NCBI GenBank assembly: GCA_002498985.1
Contig: DAJO01000030.1
Span: 14,586-78,585 of the forward strand
DNA from: Euryarchaeota archaeon UBA257
Lineage (GTDB): Archaea; Thermoplasmatota; Poseidoniia; Poseidoniales; Thalassarchaeaceae
DNA length: 64,000 nucleotides
Direction of reading: 5' to 3'
This document shows, one piece after another, positions 1 through 10,953 of the stretch. The notes under the pieces are model-generated. The model saw nothing but the letters and a program-made list of their open reading frames with translations. It was not told where the DNA came from and did not search any database. Positions within the stretch are counted from its first letter, which is position 1. Every line of letters begins with the position of its first letter. The position numbers and the translations under genes are program-made.

Positions 1-137
1 ATGCTCGTGCATCTGCGGGTACAGAAGCAGAAGTTGTTTCTAATGACGGTCAAGCCGCACAGAAAAATGTTCACGATTCTGGTAAAAAAAATCGGGACAA
101 GGCAGCGAAATTAGTCATTGACTCGTTTAGGAAATAA
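1..137 (+). CDS. C-terminal fragment of a small Ala/Lys-rich protein, probably A-type ATP synthase subunit H (5' end lies outside the window)
   Basis: An open frame (codon phase starting at nt 3) enters from the left edge and stops at TAA 135-137: ARASAGTEAEVVSNDGQAAQKNVHDSGKKNRDKAAKLVIDSFRK*. It occupies the slot directly upstream of atpI that atpH holds in archaeal atpHIKECFABD operons. The call rests on position and composition only. Confidence 0.35.
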   Translation, partial: ARASAGTEAEVVSNDGQAAQKNVHDSGKKNRDKAAKLVIDSFRK

Positions 138-158
138 TTGTATCTAGGGGGTCAAAAA

Positions 159-2288
159 ATGTCTCAAATTAAAACGCAGCGCATGGGTAGATTACTTGCT
201 GCGGGGACTAAAGACAAAATTGACGAAGTAATTGATGCATTAGCAACTCTAAATGCATTACACTTCATTGAATACGATGGATCAGATGAAGGTTTCAATC
301 TAGGTACACCCAAAGATGAATCTGAGATGGTAGGAAAACGCCTCACAAAATTACGTTCTGCAGCATCAATCGTAGATTACAATGGCCCAAAATCTCCTGT
401 TACTGCCGAAAAAGTACGTTCAGAATTAGATGGTGCCCTTTCTGATGCTGTAGATGTTCTTTTGGAAAAGAGCACCCGCTTAGATACTGTAGAAAATAGC
501 CTTTCCTCGCTCCGAGAGGAAGAATCGATTATGGGACTGCTTTCCTCTATTGACTTAGATGTAGAGTTGCTTTCCGGCTATTCTACTCTCAATACATTTG
601 TAGGGACAATTTCCGGTGGATCTTCAGACATTGAGTCCCAAATTATTGATGCAGGAATTGAAGGACTATTCTTTCAAGGTTTAATTAATGGCAGCAAGGT
701 AGTCGCTGTTTTCGTTAAATCTGAACGTTCGAATGATATCCAATCTATTCTCAATCAATCAGGTTTTCAGGCGATTAATATTCCAGAGGGAATTACTGGC
801 AACCCTAAAAAGTTGATTGAAGAGATAAAATCTGAAATCAATAAACTGTCTTCCGAGCAATCTTCAATCGTCAAGGATATTGAATCTTGGAGTGATGAAT
901 TTGGTTCATCTTTAGCATGTGGCTTAGAGCTTTTAGAAAGGGAGCATGATATCCTTACTGCTCCTGTCAAAATCGCAGTTTCAGAACATGCTTTCTTTAT
1001 CGATGGCTGGATTGAACTTTCACGTTCCGAAGAAGTTCAACATGCATTAAATAATTACTGCCAGTATTCGGAAGTCACGCCGTTCAAGGTTGAGCCAGGA
1101 GGAGGCGGGCATGGTCATTCTGATCATCATCACCATCAAGAAATGCCTCCAATTGCATTTCAAAGTAGAACACTAAGTAAACCTATGGAATTACTAACTA
1201 ATGCCGTTGGAAGGCCTGCTTATGGCAGAATTGATCCCACTCTGTTCATGTTCGTAACTTATCCAATATTCTTTGGAATGATGCTCGGAGACATGGCATA
1301 CGGGATAGTAACCATTTCCCTTGGTGCCTTTGTATATAGCAAGGCACGCTCTAATGAAATGATGCATCTTGGTGGTAAGTTCTTGATTTACATAGGATTA
1401 GGTACACTCATCTTTGGTTATATTTATGCGGAGTTTGCTGGATGGGAAATTTTCCTTTACGAAAAGCTAACCTATGCCGATGGTAGTTACATGAAGGACT
1501 CAAGCGGACATTACATGTATAGTGAGAATCTATCTCCTGTGGCCTTCCTTGCTAACCTCTATCCATTTGATCTCGATCATGGCTATGGGCCTTTTGTTGA
1601 ATTAGGCTACGGTATTAACCTGGCATTCCCATTCCATAGAGTAGGGACTCATTTAGAGGACCTTATAGTATTGACAATCTACGTAGGATTCTTCCACATC
1701 ATCTTCGGTAAGTTAATCGGGTTCCGAGATGTATTATTTTACGGTACTGACCATGGTCATGTAGGCTTAGCAGCAGCATTTTTTGAACATGGCTCTTGGA
1801 TAGTGTTACTAATTGGCGGCTTCATGTTTACCTATGGTTTCCTTGGCCCTGATGAATTCGATTATTTGTTACAACCCGGTGCTGCAATTGCTATTTCTGC
1901 TGTTGTGATGTTAATTTGGACTCTTTACAATTATCATGGTATTCCAATTGCAGTCAGTTTAATCCTAGCACCTATTGAGGCAATTGGTATGATGCCGTCA
2001 GTAATTTCGTATGTCCGCCTCTTTGCAGTAGGTATTGTAGGCGTAAAAATTGCAGAAACTGGAAATAAACTATGGGAACCAATGTTGGAGGCTGAGCTAT
2101 ATTTAGTGCCTGTTTTCTTTATTGGATGGTTGTCCGTACAGATTTTCGCTTGGGTTTTAGGAGTATTTAGCCCCAACATACATGCAGCAAGGCTTCATTT
2201 CGTAGAATGGATGAGGCAATATTATGATTCTAGCGGAGAGGCTTTCCAGCCTTTCGGTTTCCGCTCGCACTTCGTGGAGGTCGAGTGA
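159..2288 (+). CDS. atpI: A-type (A1AO) ATP synthase subunit I (stator/a subunit)
   Basis: About 709 aa, with a soluble coiled N-terminal half and a polytopic C-terminal half ending in the conserved RLxxVxxxxxE-like stretch (SYVRLFAVGIVGVKIAETG). It is the first gene of an I-K-E-C-F-A-B-D series. I prefer ATG 159 (AGGGGGT SD-like sequence 7 nt upstream) over the TTG at 138 used in the ORF track. Confidence 0.9.
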   Translation: MSQIKTQRMGRLLAAGTKDKIDEVIDALATLNALHFIEYDGSDEGFNLGTPKDESEMVGKRLTKLRSAASIVDYNGPKSPVTAEKVRSELDGALSDAVDVLLEKSTRLDTVENSLSSLREEESIMGLLSSIDLDVELLSGYSTLNTFVGTISGGSSDIESQIIDAGIEGLFFQGLINGSKVVAVFVKSERSNDIQSILNQSGFQAINIPEGITGNPKKLIEEIKSEINKLSSEQSSIVKDIESWSDEFGSSLACGLELLEREHDILTAPVKIAVSEHAFFIDGWIELSRSEEVQHALNNYCQYSEVTPFKVEPGGGGHGHSDHHHHQEMPPIAFQSRTLSKPMELLTNAVGRPAYGRIDPTLFMFVTYPIFFGMMLGDMAYGIVTISLGAFVYSKARSNEMMHLGGKFLIYIGLGTLIFGYIYAEFAGWEIFLYEKLTYADGSYMKDSSGHYMYSENLSPVAFLANLYPFDLDHGYGPFVELGYGINLAFPFHRVGTHLEDLIVLTIYVGFFHIIFGKLIGFRDVLFYGTDHGHVGLAAAFFEHGSWIVLLIGGFMFTYGFLGPDEFDYLLQPGAAIAISAVVMLIWTLYNYHGIPIAVSLILAPIEAIGMMPSVISYVRLFAVGIVGVKIAETGNKLWEPMLEAELYLVPVFFIGWLSVQIFAWVLGVFSPNIHAARLHFVEWMRQYYDSSGEAFQPFGFRSHFVEVE

Positions 2289-2335
2289 TATCACATTCCA
2301 AGCAAAATGCTTAGAAAAAAATGGAGGAAAAAAAT

Positions 2336-2638
2336 ATGAATAACAGAAATAAAATGAGAGGAATGAGTATGTTGCTAACATTATCATCTATAGTGATGAT
2401 TGCTAGTAGCGTTCAGGCGGAAGACAATGCTTCAACAGAAGTAGCATACAAGAATCTAGGTGCAGGAATTGCTCTAGGTCTTGCTGGAATTGGAACTGGA
2501 TTAAGCCAGGGGCCAATCGGTGCAGCAGCTGTTGGTATGATTGCTGAAGATAGTAGTAAGTTCGTAAACGGACTGATTTTTACTGCTCTACCTGAGACTA
2601 TCGTTCTTTTCGGTTTCCTTTCAATATTCCTGCTTTAA
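2336..2638 (+). CDS. atpK: A-type ATP synthase subunit K (c-ring proteolipid), with a signal-peptide-like N-terminal extension
   Basis: Gly/Ala-rich two-helix hairpin (GAGIALGLAGIGTGLSQGPIGAAAVG ... LPETIVLFGFLSIFLL) with the carboxylate in a PET motif. GGAGG at 2323-2327 lies 8 nt before ATG 2336, so I prefer 2336 over 2321. Confidence 0.85.
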   Translation: MNNRNKMRGMSMLLTLSSIVMIASSVQAEDNASTEVAYKNLGAGIALGLAGIGTGLSQGPIGAAAVGMIAEDSSKFVNGLIFTALPETIVLFGFLSIFLL

Positions 2639-2688
2639 GCGGAATAATGGAAGTTCCCTATAACGAAATTAAAATTGAGGTGTAATAA

Positions 2689-3246
2689 ATGACATTGGAT
2701 GCATTAGCCAACGAAATCGCAGCCCAAGCGAAAGCTGAAGCTGAAGAGATTATCGCAGCCGCTAAGCAACAAGCTAAACATATTGAAGATGAAGCTAAAG
2801 TAGAAGCCAGTTCATTTTCTTTTGATATGAAAGCACGTGCTGAGCGAGAAAGCGCACAATTGTCAGTAGAAGTAGTTGCATCAGCTAAACAGGCTAACCA
2901 AAAGCATCTCTTGATCGCTAGACGTGAAGAGTTAGATGAGACTTGGGAGTCAATACGTTCAGCAGTGGCGTCACCCGACCTGGATGGTCGGTCCGATATT
3001 CTTGCTGGACTTTTAGCCGAAGCAAGTAAACCAGGCGATGGAATGATTCTCCGCCCCGTGTCTACTGACCGTAAGGTGTTAGAAAAAGGGAGTTTTACTC
3101 TCGGTGAGGATGTAGAAGGGCTTGGAGGATTTGTTCTCGAATCAAAAGATGGCTCTATAGTTCTTGATTACCGCTTTGACAGCCGCTTAGATGAGGCTTG
3201 GAAAGCAAATCTTGGTGCTGTAAATAAAACTTTATTTGGAAATTAA
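2689..3246 (+). CDS. atpE: A-type ATP synthase subunit E (peripheral stalk)
   Basis: 185 aa with an Ala/Glu/Lys-rich coiled N-terminus (EIAAQAKAEAEEIIAAAKQQAKHIEDEAK) followed by a globular tail. Operon position after atpK. GAGGTG SD upstream. Confidence 0.8.
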   Translation: MTLDALANEIAAQAKAEAEEIIAAAKQQAKHIEDEAKVEASSFSFDMKARAERESAQLSVEVVASAKQANQKHLLIARREELDETWESIRSAVASPDLDGRSDILAGLLAEASKPGDGMILRPVSTDRKVLEKGSFTLGEDVEGLGGFVLESKDGSIVLDYRFDSRLDEAWKANLGAVNKTLFGN

Positions 3247-3259
3247 AAAGGTGAATTAA

Positions 3260-4315
3260 ATGTCGGGTATAGTGAGTGGTCGTTCAAATGTCTACAATGC
3301 TTCAGCCCGCGCTAAAGCACGTAAAGCATCATTAATTGATCCTACTAGAATGAGGCAATTGCTGCAAACAGGTCCTGAATCAATTGGGGCCAGTATTGGA
3401 GAATTAGGATATCGTAATGAAATGGATATCTATTCTGCTAGAATGAGCGGTGCTGACGCTGTTGAAGCGGCTCTATTCCATAATCTCGATAATGACTTAT
3501 CCGAAGTTATGAAATTTTGTCAAGGTCCTCTTAAGTCAATAGTTTCAATTTATGTTGAACGTTTTGCTTACGAGAAAGCCAAAACCGTGTTAAGGGCAGT
3601 AAATGGGGGGTGCTCTGATGAGTTAATCGAAGCTCAGATATTACCCTCGGAAAACCCGATGAACGCAATCTGGCTAGATATTGTTCGAACAACTGAAACA
3701 GTTTCCGAAGCAGCAAACGCAATGGTAGGCACCCCTTGGGGTAAAGAATTAGCTAAGTTAGAAGGGACTGAACCTAGCCTTGAAGAGATGGAAGATGCAC
3801 TAGATCGTCAGTACTACAGTCATGCACTCAAAGTTTCAAAGGGTAAAGATTCTAATATTCACTTAATGAAATTTATTAGAACCGAAATCGATCATCGTAA
3901 TATTATCAATCAATTCCGTGAACTTCGTCAGAATATTTCTCCAGACAAACGTTTACAGATGATAATTTCCGGTGGGAGAATTTCACAATCAGTAATGTCT
4001 CAAGTATCACAAGCAACGTCTAGTGAAGCAATTGTTGATGCCTTAAGGCGAAGCAATGCATTTGATGATGTAGGTTTTGATGAGGCAATCGAGAAGTCAG
4101 AAGCAATAGGATCTCTAGATCCCATCGCGACTCTGCTAACGCACAAGAGACATGCTATTTTACGCCGTTTCGCTTATCTAAACCCTGTTTCTGCCTTCCC
4201 TGTAATTTACTACATCGAGCGTAAAGTGCTTGAAATACAAAATCTTCGTCTTCTAGTGCGTGGTAAGACGATTGGCCTCACAGCTGAGGTATTGGAAGCG
4301 CACATGGATTTTTGA
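3260..4315 (+). CDS. atpC: A-type ATP synthase subunit C (homolog of eukaryotic V-ATPase d subunit)
   Basis: 351 aa, helical. The size and the position between E and F are typical for atpC. AGGTGA SD upstream. Confidence 0.85.
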   Translation: MSGIVSGRSNVYNASARAKARKASLIDPTRMRQLLQTGPESIGASIGELGYRNEMDIYSARMSGADAVEAALFHNLDNDLSEVMKFCQGPLKSIVSIYVERFAYEKAKTVLRAVNGGCSDELIEAQILPSENPMNAIWLDIVRTTETVSEAANAMVGTPWGKELAKLEGTEPSLEEMEDALDRQYYSHALKVSKGKDSNIHLMKFIRTEIDHRNIINQFRELRQNISPDKRLQMIISGGRISQSVMSQVSQATSSEAIVDALRRSNAFDDVGFDEAIEKSEAIGSLDPIATLLTHKRHAILRRFAYLNPVSAFPVIYYIERKVLEIQNLRLLVRGKTIGLTAEVLEAHMDF

Positions 4316-4324
4316 GGTGAAAAT

Positions 4325-4624
4325 ATGGAAATTGCTGTTGTAGGTTCATTAGACTTCACTCTTGGTTTCCAACTTGCAGGTGTTTTGAGATTATATAATC
4401 CAAAAGATCTGGATGAAATGACATCAATCATGAAGTCATTACTTAATGAAAAAGAAATAGGAGTTATTGTAATTGATAATTCCGATCTATTACTTCTCCC
4501 AGAAAGGTTACGAGTTCAACTATCTGAGAGTATCACGCCCACAGTATTGGGTATCGGGACTGAAGAGGATAATACCCTCCGTGAGTCTATCAAATCGGCA
4601 CTAGGAGTCGACCTATGGAAATAA
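4325..4624 (+). CDS. atpF: A-type ATP synthase subunit F
   Basis: 99 aa. The N-terminus MEIAVVGSLDFTLGFQLAGV is typical of subunit F. GAGGTGA SD upstream. Confidence 0.85.
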   Translation: MEIAVVGSLDFTLGFQLAGVLRLYNPKDLDEMTSIMKSLLNEKEIGVIVIDNSDLLLLPERLRVQLSESITPTVLGIGTEEDNTLRESIKSALGVDLWK

Positions 4625-4656
4625 TCCTAGATTAAAATAAAAGGAAGTGAAATGAA

Positions 4657-6399
<1,743 letters not shown>

Positions 6400-6410
6400 A
6401 GGTGATATAA

Positions 6411-7796
6411 ATGACTGGAAAAGAATATAGAACAATCACAGATGTAAAGGGACCTCTTGTGTTCCTAAATAAAACGGAACCTGTAGCCTTTGGAGAAATT
6501 GTAGAATTAAGACTTACAGATGGAACATTAAAGAACGGACAAGTTCTTGATACATCCGACGATCAAGTTATTGTCCAAGTGTTCGAAGGAACAGCATCCA
6601 TAGATAAGCAAACAGGAATTAAGTTTCTTGGAGATGTATTCAAGTTACCTGTGAGTACTGATATGATTGGTAGAATTCTAGACGGTGCTGGACGGCCTAG
6701 AGACGGAGGACCTGCGATTGTTGCAGATGAAATGGCAGACATCATTGGTGCTGCAATTAATCCATACTCAAGACAAAGCCCATCTTCTTTTATTCAGACA
6801 GGAATTTCTGCAATTGATGCATGTACTTCTTTAGTTAGAGGGCAAAAATTACCAATTTTCAGTGCATCAGGTTTACCTCATAATGATATTGCCCTACAAA
6901 TAGCTAGACAAGCAAAGTTAGTTGGTAGTGATGACGATTTCGTAGTAGTTTTCTGTGCAATGGGAATCACTGCAGAAGAATATAATTTCTTCGTGCATGA
7001 CCTAGAAAGAACTGGTGCTCTTGAGAATGCTTGTCTTTTCGTAAATCTTGCAGACGATCCAGCGGTTGAAAGATTAATCACTCCTAGATTAGCTTTGACT
7101 GCTGCTGAGTATTTGGCTTTTGAACACGATTATCACGTACTAGTTATTTACACAGACATGACTAACTATTGTGAATCACTACGTCAAATTGGAGCAGCAC
7201 GTGAAGAAGTACCAGGTCGTCGAGGTTATCCAGGTTACATGTACACTGACTTGGCTATGTTGTATGAACGCGCAGGGTTAGTTAAGGGTAAGAAAGGTTC
7301 AATCACTCAGTTCCCAATTCTAACAATGCCTGGTGACGATATTACGCACCCAATCCCTGATCTCTCAGGATATATTACTGAAGGGCAAATTGTAATTTCT
7401 CGTGAACTTCATCAGAAAGGAATATATCCGCCGATCAATGTTCTACCTTCTTTATCTCGACTAATGAATGCTGGAATAGGTGACGGTAAGACTCGTGAAG
7501 ATCATAAGTCAGTTTCAGATCAACTATATGCAGCATATGCTCAAGGTAGAGAACTGAGAGGTTTAGTAGCAATTGTAGGTGAAGATGCTCTAAATGAGAG
7601 GGATTTACAGTTACTTAAGTTTGCAGATATTTTCGAAAATCAGTTCTTGAGGCAAAGTCGTGATGAAGATAGATCTATTAGCGAAGGAACTCTAGATTAT
7701 GCTTGGGAACTTCTTTCCAATATCGATACTAAGTATTTAGTACGTCTTGACCAGAAATGGATTGATAAATACCACCCTACAGATAAGAAAGAATGA
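6411..7796 (+). CDS. atpB: A-type ATP synthase subunit B (non-catalytic)
   Basis: 461 aa. Conserved [39 protein letters not shown] and [13 protein letters not shown] blocks. GAGGTGAT SD upstream. Confidence 0.97.
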   Translation: MTGKEYRTITDVKGPLVFLNKTEPVAFGEIVELRLTDGTLKNGQVLDTSDDQVIVQVFEGTASIDKQTGIKFLGDVFKLPVSTDMIGRILDGAGRPRDGGPAIVADEMADIIGAAINPYSRQSPSSFIQTGISAIDACTSLVRGQKLPIFSASGLPHNDIALQIARQAKLVGSDDDFVVVFCAMGITAEEYNFFVHDLERTGALENACLFVNLADDPAVERLITPRLALTAAEYLAFEHDYHVLVIYTDMTNYCESLRQIGAAREEVPGRRGYPGYMYTDLAMLYERAGLVKGKKGSITQFPILTMPGDDITHPIPDLSGYITEGQIVISRELHQKGIYPPINVLPSLSRLMNAGIGDGKTREDHKSVSDQLYAAYAQGRELRGLVAIVGEDALNERDLQLLKFADIFENQFLRQSRDEDRSISEGTLDYAWELLSNIDTKYLVRLDQKWIDKYHPTDKKE

Positions 7797-7823
7797 TTAT
7801 TAGTAATTAAGGAGATGAGATAG

Positions 7824-8441
7824 ATGGCATTAGACATCAAACCAACACGTTCTGAATTAATCAATCTAAAACGTAGAATTAAACAGACTTCCAGTGGATA
7901 TAATCTTCTTAAAATGAAGAGAGATGGTTTATTCTTTGAGTTCCGAACATTACTGGCTGAAATGATAGCAGCTAGAGAGGAACTTGTAGGTACGTATAGA
8001 GATGCTTTGAAATCTATCGCGTTGGCATCTTCAATTGAAGGAGGTCTAGCAGTTAAAAGTGCAGCCATAGCGGCGACATCTGGTCCAGAGGTGACAGTAA
8101 CTAGAAGGAATATCATGGGTGTAGTTGTGCCCAAAGTGGATGGAACTAACCTTACAACGACAGTAGAAACTAGACCTACTGGAATTATTGGAGGATCCCC
8201 TTATATCGATGAATCTGCAGATTCTTACTCTATCTTAATCGCTAAAATAGTCAAGGCTGCCGAAATGGAAGCAACATTGAAGAAATTATTGGAAGAAATA
8301 GAAGCAACTAAGAGGAGAGTAAATGCCCTCGAATTCGTTGTAATTCCTGAGATGAAAGAGGCCCAATCATTTATTCAACTTAGACTTGAAGAAATGGAAA
8401 GAGAAGAAACTTTCCGACTTAAGAGATTCAAGAATAAATGA
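7824..8441 (+). CDS. atpD: A-type ATP synthase subunit D (central stalk)
   Basis: 205 aa. N-terminus KPTRSELINLKRRIKQTSSGYNLLKMKRDGL and C-terminal coiled coil with TKRRVNALEFVVIPE are characteristic. Last gene of the operon. Confidence 0.9.
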   Translation: MALDIKPTRSELINLKRRIKQTSSGYNLLKMKRDGLFFEFRTLLAEMIAAREELVGTYRDALKSIALASSIEGGLAVKSAAIAATSGPEVTVTRRNIMGVVVPKVDGTNLTTTVETRPTGIIGGSPYIDESADSYSILIAKIVKAAEMEATLKKLLEEIEATKRRVNALEFVVIPEMKEAQSFIQLRLEEMEREETFRLKRFKNK

Positions 8442-8459
8442 TTTTATTGTTTTATTTCC
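8442..8459 (+). terminator. Weak oligo-T tract after atpD (possible archaeal terminator)
   Basis: TTTTATTGTTTTATTTCC follows the atpD stop codon directly. It contains only T4/T4/T3 runs, so termination would be leaky at best. Confidence 0.25.
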
Positions 8460-8529
8460 TTCAGACTCTCACACACGGTTTGATAGGGGATGCTCTATGT
8501 TCAGTGTATATTGAGATGGAGGTGTGACT

Positions 8530-10953
8530 ATGTCAAATGTTGAACCAATAGTTATTGATGTTGAAACTTGGGGGCAGAGAGAACTTATTGAAGAAATTTG
8601 TAGCCGTTATTTCGTAATAGGTAATCAGTCTGGATTGAGTGATTTTTCTTGGGAAATAAATTCCCGTGATGGTGGAGATATTAGCACAAGCCTCAATGAA
8701 CTAAATATTCATTTGAAGCAACTAAGTTTGATAGGATTATTAGATGAAGGAAATCCTCCAACTCTCTCAATAATTCGTTATCCGGTAGATCCGGTTAATG
8801 TTCCTTTTTGGCAACAATCATTGATTTGGTTTACAATGTTCATTTTTACAACACTAGCAGGTTGCTACTGGATTTCGCAATTTGAAAATAGTATATCAAT
8901 ATTTAATTCGGAACTATTTTTAGAATCATTGACATTTTTTAGTATGCCAATATTCTTGACTATGCTCTCTGCTCACTTTATTAGGAAGTATATCGCTTCC
9001 CTTTTCAGAGTTGATGTAGGGAATCTTGTTCCCATAGCATTCCCTTTGATTTCTCCTTTTTGGCCATTTGGAATCGTAGGCGTTTTTGGTCAGAAAAGAG
9101 TTGATACTATCACTTATCCAAATAGAAGGTCTTTGGGCATAATTGAATTATCTTCAATAGTTGTGCTAGTTCTTTTCGGCTCAATACTTTCCATAATCGG
9201 GCTAAGTATTACTTCGGCAAGTCCTCCTGAGTCAGTATCTGATCCTCTAATATTACAAGCCAACTTCATTGTTGAGATGTTATCTAATCTTTTCCTAGGT
9301 GACGATGTTTCAATCAGACTTCAATGGGTTCACCCTATTGCTTTAGCAGGTTTTGGTCTATCTATGATTGGCTGGATTTTGATTTTACCAATTCCTGGTT
9401 TCCCTGGAGATAGAATTTTACATTCAATTGTTGGTTCTAAGAATTTGGACAAAAGCACAAATACAACTTCTATTTTCTTAATGACATTAACTTTAATGTG
9501 TTTAGTATTTCTTTCAACCACCTTTTGGCCTTGGCTTATTCTAGCCTCGTTAGCATCTTGGAGGAGGTTTAGCAGTGAACATATTCCGGTGGCATTAATA
9601 GTTGATGAATCTTTAGAATTAGATAGAAACTCTAAGAATTTATTGATGACTATTTCAGTTGTAATAATTTTACTGGGTTTTCCGGGGCTGAGTCCGGTAG
9701 AAGATATTGAGGATTGGGATAGTGGTTTGGATATATCAGAATGGGATACAGAATTTTCAAGTAACTCTTGGGATAATGTAGAAAAATCTCTTGAATTAAA
9801 GACATCTGGGCTTTTGTCAGTTTCTGGCCAGCTTAAGGTTCTAATTGATGGTGAATCCGATAGATGGATTATAGATTCTGATTGTTTCGATGATGAAATG
9901 AAATGTAATTTTGAAAACATTAATCAAAATAATGTAGGCGAATTTAAATTCTCTATCAAAGATAACTATCCAGAAAGAAAAACTCCTGTACAGTTAAGAT
10001 TCATCATAGAATCTGAGGGAGATTTATTTGAGCATATTCTTTCTATTTACTATAGTGATGTTACATCTCCAAGTCCTATTTGGGAAAGAGTAGAAGATTC
10101 AAGTAAGGATAAAATTTGTAATGTTGTAGAGGTAGTTAACAATCAAACTGGTATATTATCGATTAAAACGAATCCATTCTGGTCTTTGGAAAATTCTGGA
10201 AATTTATCTGAAATAGGTTCTCATGAAATTTGCCTAATTGCAGAAAGAGGGGGTTGGGAATCTTTAGCAATGGGCGAATCTGGAATTTATGGCTATAGGA
10301 TGGCTCCTGAATTAGAGTTTCGACAGAGCAATGGCAATACTACCAATTGGTATTTACCTGTGAATAACTCATTTACTAGTATTTTTTTAAATCCTAACTT
10401 TGGAATCAGTCTTGATATTATGTTTGATGGAATTATCTACTCTGAGAATAATATTTCACCAGTATGTCCGTTCAATGATGATTATCCCAAAATTGATATA
10501 AATTCTGAAGAGAACTTGACTTTGATTCATGGTTCCCCATTGTCTTATGAGGGAAACAATAGTGGCAAAAACCTGTTAGTGTCTGATGAAGGATGGTTAG
10601 TGAACTGTGCTGATGATATGGCTAAAGGTTTTATGTTAAAGCAGGGGCTAGGAATTTATATAGATAATTCTCCATTAAATGACTCTAGTTTACCGTTTTC
10701 TAATTTTGCTATTCATTCAAAAGAATCTGAAAACCTATCTCTAACAGTAGATATTTCTACTAACTTACAAAGTGATAATTCATTGAATGTTTCATTCCCT
10801 AATCAGATTCCTACTAACGGTAGTGTAATAGTTAATATTTCTCTTAATGATGAAATTAATGAAATTTGGAGAGTATTCTGGATTTCACAAGATCTTAATG
10901 GTTTAGTATTAAATTTTGTTTCTAAGTGTCCTATTGGAGGATGTTCAAATTGA
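8530..10953 (+). CDS. Polytopic membrane protein with a site-2-protease (peptidase M50)-like core that lacks HExxH, fused to a large sequon-rich C-terminal ectodomain
   Basis: The M50B-like layout is recognisable. HFIRKYIA (nt 8974-8988 for HFIRK) stands where HExxHxxxA should be, followed by G..LVPIAFPL....PFGIVGVFG......YPNRRSLGIIELSS. The second block is HPIALAGFGLSMIGWILILPIPGFPGDRILHSI (nt 9331-9423), against the usual NLLPxxxLDGGH. The C-terminal roughly 400 aa are Asn/Ser-rich with many N-x-S/T sequons. GGAGGTG lies 5 nt before ATG 8530. Confidence 0.6.
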   Translation: MSNVEPIVIDVETWGQRELIEEICSRYFVIGNQSGLSDFSWEINSRDGGDISTSLNELNIHLKQLSLIGLLDEGNPPTLSIIRYPVDPVNVPFWQQSLIWFTMFIFTTLAGCYWISQFENSISIFNSELFLESLTFFSMPIFLTMLSAHFIRKYIASLFRVDVGNLVPIAFPLISPFWPFGIVGVFGQKRVDTITYPNRRSLGIIELSSIVVLVLFGSILSIIGLSITSASPPESVSDPLILQANFIVEMLSNLFLGDDVSIRLQWVHPIALAGFGLSMIGWILILPIPGFPGDRILHSIVGSKNLDKSTNTTSIFLMTLTLMCLVFLSTTFWPWLILASLASWRRFSSEHIPVALIVDESLELDRNSKNLLMTISVVIILLGFPGLSPVEDIEDWDSGLDISEWDTEFSSNSWDNVEKSLELKTSGLLSVSGQLKVLIDGESDRWIIDSDCFDDEMKCNFENINQNNVGEFKFSIKDNYPERKTPVQLRFIIESEGDLFEHILSIYYSDVTSPSPIWERVEDSSKDKICNVVEVVNNQTGILSIKTNPFWSLENSGNLSEIGSHEICLIAERGGWESLAMGESGIYGYRMAPELEFRQSNGNTTNWYLPVNNSFTSIFLNPNFGISLDIMFDGIIYSENNISPVCPFNDDYPKIDINSEENLTLIHGSPLSYEGNNSGKNLLVSDEGWLVNCADDMAKGFMLKQGLGIYIDNSPLNDSSLPFSNFAIHSKESENLSLTVDISTNLQSDNSLNVSFPNQIPTNGSVIVNISLNDEINEIWRVFWISQDLNGLVLNFVSKCPIGGCSN

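Noticed and set aside
7697-8134. 145-aa minus-strand ORF spanning the atpB/atpD junction.
   Set aside because: It is antisense to two highly conserved ATPase subunit genes, crosses their intergenic SD, and has no recognisable motifs.
9330-9920. 196-aa minus-strand ORF inside the 809-aa membrane-protein gene.
   Set aside because: It lies entirely antisense to a gene with clear family motifs and a strong SD. It is Ser/Ile/Lys-rich low-complexity translation with no start context. This is a typical shadow ORF in AT-rich, codon-biased DNA.
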